A stretch of DNA of 60,243 bases, counting the filler. It is 5 parts of 5 records of this genome, joined end to end, with 100 filler letters (N's around TTAATTAATTAA, not from the genome) between each part and the next. Parts side by side here need not be neighbours in the genome. Positions count along the whole stretch, not along the records: positions 38,119 to 43,180 come from SRR31156797_5011; positions 43,281 to 49,796 come from SRR31156797_5015; positions 49,897 to 60,243 come from SRR31156797_5017; 2 more parts are not named here. One strand, given 5' to 3'. Position 1 is the first letter of the stretch; each line of letters opens with the position of its first letter. Below the pieces are notes generated by a model. That model did not search any database, was not told the DNA's origin, and worked only from the letters and a program-made list of their open reading frames with translations. The position numbers and the translations under genes are program-made. Shown in pieces: positions 39,733 through 49,897 of the stretch.

Positions 39733-40148
39733 TTTTTCCTCCGTTAATTTTAAGACTTTGTTACCGAAAACCGTTAGTCAAAAAGCTTGTATTGCTATGG
39801 AGCCAATGAACTCGGATAAAAGAAAAGTTGAGAAGAACACCGGGGTTTATCCCGGTTTTCCAGGTTTAACCAGTAGCGCTAAAAAACTTGCTTCAGCAAT
39901 ATAAGCTATTCGCGGGCCGCAGGCGCCCTTCCAATAAAACTGCCTAAGATGGGGATTGGGAACTATGTGGGATTATAAATCACCAACCTCGTGCCGGTCA
40001 ATTACTTTGGGGCAAAGCCTTTCAAAGTTATAACGGACAAGGTAGGAGCCGCTAAAAAAAGGATGAGAGACGACAGTCGGCCGGAAAGGAGCAGTATCGG
40101 GCGAGAATGCAGATGCACGACGCGACGGCCGCCTGCCAAAACCACAGG

Positions 40149-40189
40149 GTTTGCGAACCGACTCCGCCCTGGAGCCGGTTCAACCAAAC
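40149..40189. repeat. GC-rich stem-loop downstream of the secreted-protein gene
   Basis: minus strand GAACCGGCTCC-AGGGC-GGAGTCGGTTC with outer GTTTG/CAAAC. Confidence 0.55.
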
Positions 40190-40225
40190 TATATTTCCTT
40201 ATCCATCCTTAAAGGAAGAATACAC

Positions 40226-40675
40226 CTATTTAATACCCAACAACTGTTTGATATTCGGCCAGACCCTCTGCCGGATCTGCTGGTATTTCTGGGCGTCAGC
40301 CTGGCTTTTAGTCTGGGAATAGGCAGAGACAGTCCCGGCCAGCAGCTTGAGGTCGTTCATGATGGAGACCATGGAGTTGACGGCCCGCTGATCCGAAGGC
40401 GTCAGGTTGGGCACCCCTTTCAACGCTTTTTCCGTTGCGCCCAGCGCCGCTTCAGTTTCTTTCATCATGGCTTGTATCTGCTGCGGCTTGTACGTGCCGG
40501 CGCTGAATCCATCGGCTGAGGCCCCGATAAAGGCATAAGTCATATAAATATATCCCCCGCCCAAGGCTCCCATCGCACTAAGAGCCGGATCACAGGGGCC
40601 GGCCGAGACAGAATTTGGGACTAGTGCACAAGCAAATAATAATACAGTAATAAGCACACAACCAATTCTTTTCAT
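40226..40675 (-). CDS. Hypothetical secreted protein
   Basis: signal peptide MKRIGCVLITVLLFACALVPNSVSA; RBS AAGGAG. Confidence 0.8.
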   Translation of the reverse strand: MKRIGCVLITVLLFACALVPNSVSAGPCDPALSAMGALGGGYIYMTYAFIGASADGFSAGTYKPQQIQAMMKETEAALGATEKALKGVPNLTPSDQRAVNSMVSIMNDLKLLAGTVSAYSQTKSQADAQKYQQIRQRVWPNIKQLLGIK

Positions 40676-40971
40676 GGCAGAAACTCCTTTTGGCCGTCTG
40701 GGCGGCCGGTTGAATTTTTGAGATTCAAATGAAATAGACAGCGTCTTGTTCTATCGCCTTAATTAATATTAAGGCAAAACCTTTTTATTTTACAGGCCGT
40801 GGAATTTTTAAGAGCGGTTGCGCATAGGACGCCCTTGAAAGCAATTTACGATATTTCCAAATAATTTCAAGATTATTCAAACCTTAAAATGTGAAAAGAA
40901 AAAAAGTTCTTGACAAAACTGAACTAAAAAACGAATATAGTCTATATGGTTCATAATGACGGAGGACGTCC

Positions 40972-41541
40972 GTGGATAAAAAAAACAACATCATAATCGC
41001 CGCACAAAAACTGTTCGGCCAGTTCGGGCTTAAAAAAGTAACAATTGACGACATTGCCGGAGAAGCTTCCGTGGCCAAGGCGACCATCTATAAATATTTC
41101 CCGAGCAAAACAGAGATATTTCATGAAGTGGTCAGCTTTGAAACCGATGAAATGCTCAAAGCCATAGATGAAGCCGTGGAAAAGGAATCGACCGTATCCG
41201 GAAAGCTTAGGGCTCACCTGATGGTCAAGATGGCCAAGATCAAGGAACTGATAAACTTTTACAGGGTCACCAGGGGGACCTGGAAGGACCATTGGCCGCA
41301 TATCGAGGAAATAACCGACCGTTTTTCATGCAAGGAGAAAAAAATCGTCAAATCCATCCTCACATGCGGAAATCAAGCCCGTGAACTAGATGTCAATGAC
41401 GTTGATTTCACGGCCCATGTTATGGTCCTTGCTCTCAAATCCCTTGAAATCCCCTGGGCGGTGGAAGAGCATGATTATCCCCTAGATAACTATGTGGACA
41501 GGCTTCTGGAAATCATGCTGAACGGACTCAGGAAAAGGTAA
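40972..41541 (+). CDS. TetR/AcrR family regulator
   Basis: AAQKLF..G..KVTIDDIA..A.VAKATIYKYFPSK; RBS GGAGG; TTGACA at 40910. Confidence 0.93.
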   Translation: MDKKNNIIIAAQKLFGQFGLKKVTIDDIAGEASVAKATIYKYFPSKTEIFHEVVSFETDEMLKAIDEAVEKESTVSGKLRAHLMVKMAKIKELINFYRVTRGTWKDHWPHIEEITDRFSCKEKKIVKSILTCGNQARELDVNDVDFTAHVMVLALKSLEIPWAVEEHDYPLDNYVDRLLEIMLNGLRKR

Positions 41542-41576
41542 TAGCAACCACCAAATGTAATATTGGAGGACAAGCG

Positions 41577-43064
41577 ATGAAAATTCTCATGGTTTATCCA
41601 AAGTATCCCGATACGTTCTGGAGTTTTAAGCATGCCCTGAAATTCATTTCCAAAAAAGCTGTACACCCTCCCCTCGGCCTTTTGACGGTCGCCGGCATGC
41701 TGCCCGAGGAATGGGAAAAAAAGCTGGTGGATATGAATGTGGAATCGCTCAAGGATGAAGACGTTAAGCAGGCCGACTACGTCTTTATCTCGGCCATGTT
41801 GGTTCAAAAGGATTCGGTCAGGGAAGTTGTGGCTCGCTGTAATGAAGCAGGTGTGAAAATAGTCGCCGGCGGCCCGTTATTCACTTCCGAGCATGAAGCA
41901 TTCGAAAACATCGACCATTTTGTACTCAATGAGGCGGAAGTAACCCTGCCCCGGTTCCTGGAGGACCTTAATAATGGGCGGCCGGAAAAGTATTATACCA
42001 GCGATGAATTCCCAGACCTGGAAAATACACCCATTCCTCAATGGGAATTGATAAAAATGAAAAAATACGTTTCCATGAACATCCAGTATTCGAGGGGATG
42101 CCCTTTCAATTGCGATTTTTGCGACATCACTGTGCTGTACGGCCGCAAGGCCAGGACGAAAAGCCGGGAGCAAATACTGTCGGAACTGGAAAGGCTTTAT
42201 AGTACAGGATGGAAGAGCAATGTATTTTTTGTCGACGACAACTTCATCGGCAACAAAAAGAAACTAAAGGAAGATATTCTTCCGGCCATAACGGAATGGA
42301 TGAAAGAAAAAAAGTATCCGTTCGTCTTCTCCACCGAAGCTTCCGTCAACATGGCCGATGATGAAGAGTTGATGGATATGATGGTAGACGCCGGGTTTGA
42401 TTCCGTGTTTGTGGGCATCGAAACCCCTAATGAAGAAAGCCTGTCCGAATGCAGCAAGTTCCAGAACAAAAACAGGGATCTTGTGGAAAGCGTCAGGAAA
42501 ATTCAAAAGTTCGGTCTACGCGTCAGGGGTGGATTCATAGTCGGATTTGACAATGATTCGCCGTCCATTTTCGACAGGCAGGTGGAGTTTATCCAAAAAG
42601 CCGGAATAATCAGCGCCATGGTCGGCTTGCTCAACGCGCCCCGCGGGACCAGTTTGTACAAACGAATAGTTAAGGAAGGCCGTCTTCTTAATGAAACAAC
42701 CGGCAGCAATACTGATTTTTCAATAAATTTCATTCCGAAAATGGATAAGGAGGTCCTGCTTAGCGGGTATAAAAATATCATCAACGGCATCTATTCTCCC
42801 AAGCCGTATTTTAAAAGAGTCAAGAACTTTCTCATGGAATACAAACCGACCGGGGGAAAGCCGGTTCGTTTAAAACTAGAGCATACATCGGCCCTGTTGA
42901 AATCCATTTTTGTCTTGGGGATTAAAGACAAGGAAAGAATCCATTATTGGAAGCTGTTTTTCTGGTCGTTATTCAAAAGGCCGCAGGTGTTTCCTCTGGC
43001 CATTACGTACGCCATATATGGTTTTCAGTTTCGAAAGTATTTTGCGGGGTATCTGGAAGAGTAG
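41577..43064 (+). CDS. B12-binding radical SAM protein (DUF4070-type)
   Basis: PPLGLLTVA, SRGCPFNCDFC, FFVDDNF, GFIVGFDND. Confidence 0.92.
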   Translation: MKILMVYPKYPDTFWSFKHALKFISKKAVHPPLGLLTVAGMLPEEWEKKLVDMNVESLKDEDVKQADYVFISAMLVQKDSVREVVARCNEAGVKIVAGGPLFTSEHEAFENIDHFVLNEAEVTLPRFLEDLNNGRPEKYYTSDEFPDLENTPIPQWELIKMKKYVSMNIQYSRGCPFNCDFCDITVLYGRKARTKSREQILSELERLYSTGWKSNVFFVDDNFIGNKKKLKEDILPAITEWMKEKKYPFVFSTEASVNMADDEELMDMMVDAGFDSVFVGIETPNEESLSECSKFQNKNRDLVESVRKIQKFGLRVRGGFIVGFDNDSPSIFDRQVEFIQKAGIISAMVGLLNAPRGTSLYKRIVKEGRLLNETTGSNTDFSINFIPKMDKEVLLSGYKNIINGIYSPKPYFKRVKNFLMEYKPTGGKPVRLKLEHTSALLKSIFVLGIKDKERIHYWKLFFWSLFKRPQVFPLAITYAIYGFQFRKYFAGYLEE

Positions 43065-43104
43065 CTGTTTAAGCGCCCCAAATTATAGCTTTTGTTAAGG
43101 CCTT

Positions 43105-43144
43105 TTTGTATGTTGGGTTATACTCGGATAACTCAACATACAAA
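43105..43144. repeat. 17-bp-arm palindrome (REP-like or terminator)
   Basis: TTTGTATGTTGGGTTAT-ACTCGG-ATAACTCAACATACAAA. Confidence 0.65.
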
Positions 43145-43180
43145 TTATTAAATTTATAGTGGTTCTCAAAAGTATTTTCC

Positions 43181-43280
43181 NNNNNNNNNNNNNNNNNNNN
43201 NNNNNNNNNNNNNNNNNNNNNNNNTTAATTAATTAANNNNNNNNNNNNNNNNNNNNNNNNNNNNNNNNNNNNNNNNNNNN
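43181..43280. other. Artificial contig spacer
   Basis: N-run with TTAATTAATTAA. Confidence 0.98.
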
Positions 43281-43310
43281 TCGCTGGTTCGATTCCAGCC
43301 GGGCGCACCA
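43281..43310 (+). tRNA. 3' part of a tRNA (acceptor stem suggests Arg; anticodon not visible)
   Basis: T-arm GCTGG-TTCGATT-CCAGC, then CGGGCGC-A-CCA. Confidence 0.85.
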
Positions 43311-43322
43311 ACCCATCTCATC

Positions 43323-44564
43323 ATGACAAATCCACTCAATATAGGAATCATCAGTTACCGAAGCAATCCCCATTGCGGCGGTCAAGGCGTATATGTCAGA
43401 AACCTCAGCCGTGCCCTGACAGATCTCGGGCACAGGGTCGAAGTGATTGCCGGGCCACCTGATCCCCAGCTCAACGGCCATGCAAACCTTACCATGCTCA
43501 GGACACTGGATCTGTACAATCCCGAGGATCTCTTCAGGACACCCTCCCTGGATGAGTTGAAGGATCCCATCAATATGATGGAATGGCTCGGGGTTTCGAC
43601 CATGGGGTACCCCGAACCCCTCACCTTTGGCATGCGGGCAAACAAATACCTCAGGGACAAACTGGACCGGTTCGACATCATCCATGACAACCAGAGCCTG
43701 AGCTACAGCCTGCTCCCCCTTGCCGGCAAGGTGCCCCTCACGGCAACCATTCACCACCCCATCACCGTTGACAGGAAAATCGCCGTTAAGAGCACGCGAT
43801 CCTTCATTAAAAAGGTCAAACACCTGAGATGGTACTCCTTCATCGGGATGCAGAAGTTTGTTGCAAGGCGCCTCAAGAGCCTTATCACCGTGTCCGACTA
43901 CTCCAAGCATGACATTGCAAAGGAGTTCTCCATCCCGGCCGACCGGTTCACCACCATTCCCATCGGCATCGACACGAGCATTTTCTACCCCCTGGAAACG
44001 GTAAAAAAGGATCCCTGCCGGCTGATCGTCACCAACAGTGCCGACACTCCCCTGAAGGGACTCTACTACCTTCTCCATGCAGTAAAAAATCTCTCCATGC
44101 GACGGCCGGTCAAACTCACCGTCATCGGCGCCCCCAAAAAAAACGGCGGCATCGAGCGGCTTGTGAAGGAGCTGGACCTTACCGGCCATGTGGAGTTCAC
44201 CGGCAGGGTCGACAACCAGCAATTCCTTCAGGAGTACGCAAGGGCCAGCATTGCCGTTGTCCCGTCCCTCTACGAAGGGTTCGGCCTGCCCGTGGGAGAA
44301 GCCATGGCCTGCCGGATTCCCGTAATATCGACCACCGGCGGGGCACTGCCGGAAGTTGCCGGGGATGCCGCGCTTCTGGTTCCCCCAAAGGATGCCAAGG
44401 CCCTCGAGACGGCCATTGAAACGCTTTTTGACGATCCCGCGGAGCGTGAGCGCCTGGCCGACGCCGGCTACAAACGCGTCATGGAAAATTTCACCTGGGA
44501 GACAACCGCTGTAAAAACCGCCCAAGCCTACAGGAAAATCATCGATGATCACACTGGACTTTAA
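43323..44564 (+). CDS. Glycosyltransferase family 4
   Basis: SYRSNPHCGGQGVYV, PSLYEGFGLPVGEAMAC. Confidence 0.93.
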   Translation: MTNPLNIGIISYRSNPHCGGQGVYVRNLSRALTDLGHRVEVIAGPPDPQLNGHANLTMLRTLDLYNPEDLFRTPSLDELKDPINMMEWLGVSTMGYPEPLTFGMRANKYLRDKLDRFDIIHDNQSLSYSLLPLAGKVPLTATIHHPITVDRKIAVKSTRSFIKKVKHLRWYSFIGMQKFVARRLKSLITVSDYSKHDIAKEFSIPADRFTTIPIGIDTSIFYPLETVKKDPCRLIVTNSADTPLKGLYYLLHAVKNLSMRRPVKLTVIGAPKKNGGIERLVKELDLTGHVEFTGRVDNQQFLQEYARASIAVVPSLYEGFGLPVGEAMACRIPVISTTGGALPEVAGDAALLVPPKDAKALETAIETLFDDPAERERLADAGYKRVMENFTWETTAVKTAQAYRKIIDDHTGL

Positions 44565-45261
44565 GCGCCTCAACATCAGACCCGGACACAGGATTCTCGA
44601 CATCGGATGTGGTGAGGGCAGGCATACCGCCCAAGCCTACGAGCAGGGCGGCACCTTTTGCCTGGGAGCCGACAGAAACCCCAAGGATCTTCTGACGTCA
44701 AAAACGAAACTCGAGCTCCACGAACAGCTATCAACGGCCAAAGCGTCCACCTGGGCCCTGTCAGCGGCCGACATCACACGGCTTCCCTTTGCCGATGCAA
44801 GCTTTGACACGGTGATCTGCTCCGAAGTGATGGAGCACATCCCCGAGGAGGAGAAGGCCCTTTCTGAAATCGTCAGGGTCTTGAAACCCGGAGGCACCCT
44901 GGGGGTGAGCGTGCCCAGGTACTGGCCCGAGGCCATCTGCTGGAAGCTGTCCGATGAATACTACAACGCCAACCAGGGTCACATCCGGATCTACAAAAAA
45001 AAGGAACTGGTCTCCAAGATCCTGGCCCAGGGGGTAACATTCAAAGGCGCCCACCATGCCCACAGCCTCCATTCCCCCTACTGGTGGCTCAAATGCCTGA
45101 TGGGCCCCACCCGGACCGACTCCTTCAGCGTCAATCTTTACCACCGGTTTCTGGTGTGGGACCTCATGAAAAAGCCCTTTTTGACCACCTTCCTGGAGAG
45201 GCTGCTCAACCCCATCCTGGGCAAGAGCCTGGCCCTGTATTTTGTAAAAGAGCCGAAATAG
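44545..45261 (+). CDS. Class I SAM-dependent methyltransferase
   Basis: [34 protein letters not shown]. Confidence 0.93.
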   Translation: MITLDFKRLNIRPGHRILDIGCGEGRHTAQAYEQGGTFCLGADRNPKDLLTSKTKLELHEQLSTAKASTWALSAADITRLPFADASFDTVICSEVMEHIPEEEKALSEIVRVLKPGGTLGVSVPRYWPEAICWKLSDEYYNANQGHIRIYKKKELVSKILAQGVTFKGAHHAHSLHSPYWWLKCLMGPTRTDSFSVNLYHRFLVWDLMKKPFLTTFLERLLNPILGKSLALYFVKEPK

Positions 45262-45322
45262 GGGGAACACACAGCCCAACCAGGCCAATTCTTCAATCAC
45301 AGGCAGGAGCATCAGGAGATCC

Positions 45323-46138
45323 ATGATCCAATCCTTTGATACCAGCGACCAGAATTACCGAATCAGCGAGGAACCCTATTTCCTGGACAGGGAGAACAAA
45401 GGCGCCATCTTCAGGTCCGCCTACGACGCAAGGCTGCCCGTAATGCTCAAGGGACCGACAGGATGCGGCAAATCCCGGTTTGTCGAACGCATGGCCTTTG
45501 ACCTCGACCTTCCCCTGATCACCATCTCCTGCCATGAGGATCTCTTTGCCTCGGACCTTGTGGGCCGGTTTCTCCTGAAAAACGACGAAACGGTCTGGTC
45601 GGACGGCCCCCTCACCCGGGCCGTCAGGACGGGCGGCATCTGCTACCTGGATGAAGTGGTGGAGGCAAGGAAGGACACCACCGTGGTGATCCATCCCCTG
45701 ACCGACAACCGCCGCATCCTCCCCATCGATAAAACCGGGGAGATCATCAAGGCCCACCCGGATTTTCTCCTGGTCATCTCCTACAATCCCGGCTACCAGT
45801 CCGTGTTAAAGGACCTGAAGCAGAGCACCCGCCAGCGCTTTGTCTCCATGGCGTTTGATTATCCCGACCCCGAAGACGAGGCCACCATTGTCGAGAACGA
45901 GGGCGGCATCGACCGCCGGACCGCCCAAAAGCTTGTCAGCCTTGCCGTCAAAATCCGGGGTATCAAGGAACACGGCCTTGTTGAAGGCGCCAGCACCCGG
46001 CTGATCATCTATGCCGCAGCGTTGTTACGCCAGGGGGTTGCCCCCAAAACCGCCGCCCGGACCGCCATCACCCTCCCCCTCACCGATGACGACCGGCTCC
46101 AGGAGACCATGAACGATCTCATCGACGATCTGTTCTGA
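45323..46138 (+). CDS. CbbQ/NirQ/NorQ family AAA+ ATPase
   Basis: [47 protein letters not shown]. Confidence 0.95.
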   Translation: MIQSFDTSDQNYRISEEPYFLDRENKGAIFRSAYDARLPVMLKGPTGCGKSRFVERMAFDLDLPLITISCHEDLFASDLVGRFLLKNDETVWSDGPLTRAVRTGGICYLDEVVEARKDTTVVIHPLTDNRRILPIDKTGEIIKAHPDFLLVISYNPGYQSVLKDLKQSTRQRFVSMAFDYPDPEDEATIVENEGGIDRRTAQKLVSLAVKIRGIKEHGLVEGASTRLIIYAAALLRQGVAPKTAARTAITLPLTDDDRLQETMNDLIDDLF

Positions 46139-46142
46139 TCCC

Positions 46143-48923
46143 ATGGAGAGGGAACTTAATAAGGCTCTCCATAAGCAAAATGCTGCCTTGTCCTCCGTGG
46201 ATCCCCCCCTCGATAGGCTAAAAATTGCCGATCCTGATATGGCAGCGTTTGTATTGGAAAAACTGAAGCCCCTGTCCCCGCCCTTGGCTGGAGTGGAACT
46301 CGCCCTTGTGGTCGAAGACACCATCTTCGGGCTGACCCATTCCCGCAAGCTTGCCGAAACCATTGTTGAAGCCCACCTGGATCTTATCCGGCAAAACGCC
46401 GGCCCGGATCTTATGGCCCGGTTCTCCGACAAACTGAGGTCTGCTGCGGAAAACGCCCCCGGGGAAGCAGAAATCACGGCCCGCTTTTTCGGAGGCATCC
46501 TGCAGTGCAGGGATACCGGCATGGCGGAACGATTCGACCTTGCCCTTGGCGCCATGAAAAAACGGGGATCGTTCCATTCCACCCATGAATCCTTCTCCCT
46601 GGCCGCCCGGTTCCTGGGGGAAAACGATATCCGGGCAGCCGCCCTCTTCCTGGAACTTCTCCATGAAGTCTTTACAGCGGCCATGCCCTTTGCCCTTCAC
46701 CAGACCCTGTTCAAGGCGCTTCCAGGGGCCATTGCCCCCCTGGCCCGCCCCAAACGCCCCTGGCTGATCAGGGGACTCAGGCATATGGTCCGCACCCATC
46801 CGGCCTCCTTCGGCCACCCGGTCAACGGCGTCGGGAACGGACTCTGCTTTCTATCCGAACAGGGATTTGACCGTTTTCTCGCAAAGGGCCTGGAAACCCT
46901 GGCAAAGGACCGGTCCAGGGGAGAGCGGTTCCTCGCCCTTGAATCCCGGGTGGCCACCGACTGGTTCAACGAAATCAAGGTGATGGTGGTGCTGGATGAG
47001 ATCCAGGCAAAGCTCCAGCGCTACATAAACCTGAGAACCGGAATTAATTTCACCATCAGGCTGGTTCAGGACACCACGGGGAACCTTTGTGTCAGCTCCA
47101 ACGGCCGGGAGCTGTTTCTGCCCAACGAGTTCGACCGGTATCCGGACAAACCGTCCAACAAGGCCCTTGCCACCTGCCTGGTCAGGCTCGAGGCCTGCTA
47201 CTATGAGTGGGGCACCTTTCTCTTTGACATGGACAAACTGGTTGACCGCCACCTCTCTTCCCCTGACGCTCCCCAGGTCCTGGCGCACTTCCCGGAATGG
47301 ATGGAAAAAATCTCCAGGAACCCGGCCACAAACGACCTGACCTTGTTTTTCGGCTGTTTTTCCGACCCGCTCCTTGCCAGGGTCCTCTTCACCATTGCCG
47401 AACATGCCAGGATCATGCACCGGATCAAACATTTCTATCCGGGCATGGTGAAACGGGTACAACCCTTTCTCATGGACGAAGTAAGGGAAATGACAAACGC
47501 CGCCGACGGCCCTGCCCTGCCCCTGCGCCTCTACGCACAAATTGCCATGGATCGCAATTTTGGCGCAACCCTTGGAAGGGATTTCAATGATAACGCCCTC
47601 CTCAACCGCCTGGACACCCTGGCCGCAGGCCTTGAAAGCCATGAATCAGGGGTCGAGGCAAGCGGAGCCTTTGTTATCGCGGCCTACCCCCTGGTGGCGC
47701 AAGACCCGGTCCCGTTTCTCAATTTCACGGCCCCCTTTCACCGGAACTTTGACGAAGGCCCCTATTTCAAGGTCAACGGAACCGCCCATGCCCGGGCCAA
47801 AGAGATCAAAAACCTCCTGGACAGGGGTAACGCCAAGGTCTACACCTCGGATATACAACAGAAACTTGTGGCCAACAACGACACCATCTCCATGGAGGAT
47901 ATCCGGGAGCTTCTCCAGGAACACCCGGAAAACGGGGACATGGATATGGGCGCTGTCACCGCCATCCCGGGACTGTCCGAGATCCTTCCCAAAAGCGGAA
48001 GCCCCCTTGGGTCTTCACCGGTATTCGGTGACAACGTTTCCGTCTACAACGAGTGGGACTGCAATGCCAATGACTATCGCAACGACCATGTGTGGGTCCA
48101 TGAAACCGGATTTCCCGAGTGCGACAACGATTTTTACCGGAAAACCCTCAAAGAATACACCGGCCTTGTAAAAAAGATCCGGCACACCTTTGAGCTGTTG
48201 AAGCCCGAAACCGTCAAGATCATTCGCCAGAGCCTCGAGGGGGAGGAGTTCGACTACCGGGCTCTGGTGGATTTTGCCGTGGACAGGCGGGCCCGCCTGA
48301 CACCCAAGGAAAATATATACATCAAACGGCTCAAGCAGGAGCGGAACGTTGCCGTAACCCTCCTCATTGACCAGTCACGATCCACGGCCAACCTGGTGGG
48401 GGGCAGTGACAAAACCGTGCTGGACATGGAAAAGGAGGCGGTGGTCCTCTTTTGCGAAGCCCTGGAGGTGGTGGGGGATACCTTCAGCGTTGCAGGGTAT
48501 TGCGGATCGGGCCGGCACGGGGTCCGGTACCAGACCATCAAGGGGTTTGACGACGCCCTTGACCAGGGGGTCAAAAGCCGGATCGATCTTATCACGGCCC
48601 AGGGAAGCACCCGGACCGGCGCCGGAATCCGCCATGCCGTCAGCAAGCTCGATCCCGTACCGGCAAAGGTCAAGCTGATCCTGCTGCTGGGGGACGGATT
48701 TCCCAACGATGTGGACTACAAGCACACCTATGCCGTGGAGGACACCCGAAAGGCCATCTCCGAGGCCCAGGCAAAAAACATCGTCCTCAAGGCGATCACG
48801 GTGAACCTATCAACCCTTTCCGGCCTCGACGACCTCTACGGCGCGTTCCGCCACAACGTCATCTCCGATCTCAGGGAGCTTCCGGACCGGCTGCTTGGCA
48901 TCTACAGCGCCCTCACAAGATAG
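46143..48923 (+). CDS. NorD/CbbO-type VWA domain protein
   Basis: YNEWD..DYR, DQSRST MIDAS, TRTGAGIRHA, LGDGFPND. Confidence 0.88.
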   Translation: MERELNKALHKQNAALSSVDPPLDRLKIADPDMAAFVLEKLKPLSPPLAGVELALVVEDTIFGLTHSRKLAETIVEAHLDLIRQNAGPDLMARFSDKLRSAAENAPGEAEITARFFGGILQCRDTGMAERFDLALGAMKKRGSFHSTHESFSLAARFLGENDIRAAALFLELLHEVFTAAMPFALHQTLFKALPGAIAPLARPKRPWLIRGLRHMVRTHPASFGHPVNGVGNGLCFLSEQGFDRFLAKGLETLAKDRSRGERFLALESRVATDWFNEIKVMVVLDEIQAKLQRYINLRTGINFTIRLVQDTTGNLCVSSNGRELFLPNEFDRYPDKPSNKALATCLVRLEACYYEWGTFLFDMDKLVDRHLSSPDAPQVLAHFPEWMEKISRNPATNDLTLFFGCFSDPLLARVLFTIAEHARIMHRIKHFYPGMVKRVQPFLMDEVREMTNAADGPALPLRLYAQIAMDRNFGATLGRDFNDNALLNRLDTLAAGLESHESGVEASGAFVIAAYPLVAQDPVPFLNFTAPFHRNFDEGPYFKVNGTAHARAKEIKNLLDRGNAKVYTSDIQQKLVANNDTISMEDIRELLQEHPENGDMDMGAVTAIPGLSEILPKSGSPLGSSPVFGDNVSVYNEWDCNANDYRNDHVWVHETGFPECDNDFYRKTLKEYTGLVKKIRHTFELLKPETVKIIRQSLEGEEFDYRALVDFAVDRRARLTPKENIYIKRLKQERNVAVTLLIDQSRSTANLVGGSDKTVLDMEKEAVVLFCEALEVVGDTFSVAGYCGSGRHGVRYQTIKGFDDALDQGVKSRIDLITAQGSTRTGAGIRHAVSKLDPVPAKVKLILLLGDGFPNDVDYKHTYAVEDTRKAISEAQAKNIVLKAITVNLSTLSGLDDLYGAFRHNVISDLRELPDRLLGIYSALTR

Positions 48924-49796
48924 CTGCGGGGCCTTTCCGACGTCCGGGGCGTCCCCTTTACCGGAGAACCAGGCCTTGGGAATCAGCCTGTTCCTCCATG
49001 CCCCGTCCATGGAAAGCCCGAAGAGAAGACCCGCCACCACGGCCGTGACCGGCGCCACCATGAGGAGGCCGATACTGCCGATGAGCACCCTGAATATTTC
49101 CGCCGCCACGATCTTCATGTTCACAATCCGGGTGGCGCTGGTCCCCTGGGAGACAAACATCATGAGCATGGTCAGGTAACCGCCGGAATAGGCCAGCAAC
49201 AGGGTAGTCGCCATGGTGCCGATCACCATGCGCCCGATGGTGAAACCGGACCGGATCAGCTCCTTTGTTGGAATGTCGGGCCGTTTCTCCTTGATTTCGT
49301 TCATGGAGGCGCTCACATCCATGGCAATGTCCATGGCGGCGCCGGAGGCACCGAGAAGCACGGCGGAATAGAAGATATGCTGCATGTTCAGACTGAAGTG
49401 ACCGCTCATGATCAGGGTGGTTGAGAATGGCGCGGTCATGCCCATGAGCCGAAGCTTTGCCCCGAAAAAAAGGGTCAGCCCCAGGGTGACCGCCAGCCCG
49501 GAAACGGTTCCGATAAAGGCCGCCAGGCCCTTCCGGGTAAACCCAGCCACGGCAAAGATGATCACCACGGCAAGCAGGACAAGGACCACAAGGCTCAGGA
49601 GCAGGGGCTCTTTCCCGGCAAGGAGGTTGGGCAGGTAGACGTACCAGAGAATCAGGAGCGACGCCACAAACGACATCAACGCCTTGATGCCCACGGTTCC
49701 GGAATACACCACCAGCAACACGGCAAACACGCCGAACAGAACCAGCTCCCAGTTCTGGCGATACCCGTTGATGGCCTTGGCATTGGTGATTTCATG
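48810..49796 (-). CDS. YibE/F family membrane protein (5' end cut by contig edge)
   Basis: GASGAAMDIAMDV, IGTMATTLLLAYSG, GSIGL; frame open to 49796. Confidence 0.88.
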   Translation of the reverse strand, partial: HEITNAKAINGYRQNWELVLFGVFAVLLVVYSGTVGIKALMSFVASLLILWYVYLPNLLAGKEPLLLSLVVLVLLAVVIIFAVAGFTRKGLAAFIGTVSGLAVTLGLTLFFGAKLRLMGMTAPFSTTLIMSGHFSLNMQHIFYSAVLLGASGAAMDIAMDVSASMNEIKEKRPDIPTKELIRSGFTIGRMVIGTMATTLLLAYSGGYLTMLMMFVSQGTSATRIVNMKIVAAEIFRVLIGSIGLLMVAPVTAVVAGLLFGLSMDGAWRNRLIPKAWFSGKGDAPDVGKAPQLSCEGAVDAKQPVRKLPEIGDDVVAERAVEVVEAGKG

Positions 49797-49896
49797 NNNN
49801 NNNNNNNNNNNNNNNNNNNNNNNNNNNNNNNNNNNNNNNNTTAATTAATTAANNNNNNNNNNNNNNNNNNNNNNNNNNNNNNNNNNNNNNNNNNNN
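49797..49896. other. Artificial contig spacer
   Basis: N-run with TTAATTAATTAA. Confidence 0.98.
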
Positions 49897-49897
49897 T

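Noticed and set aside
43233-49638. Long antisense and alternate-frame ORFs (e.g. 43233-44603, 46851-47642, 47542-48171)
   Set aside because: Shadow ORFs of GC-rich genes with clear family motifs on the other strand or frame.
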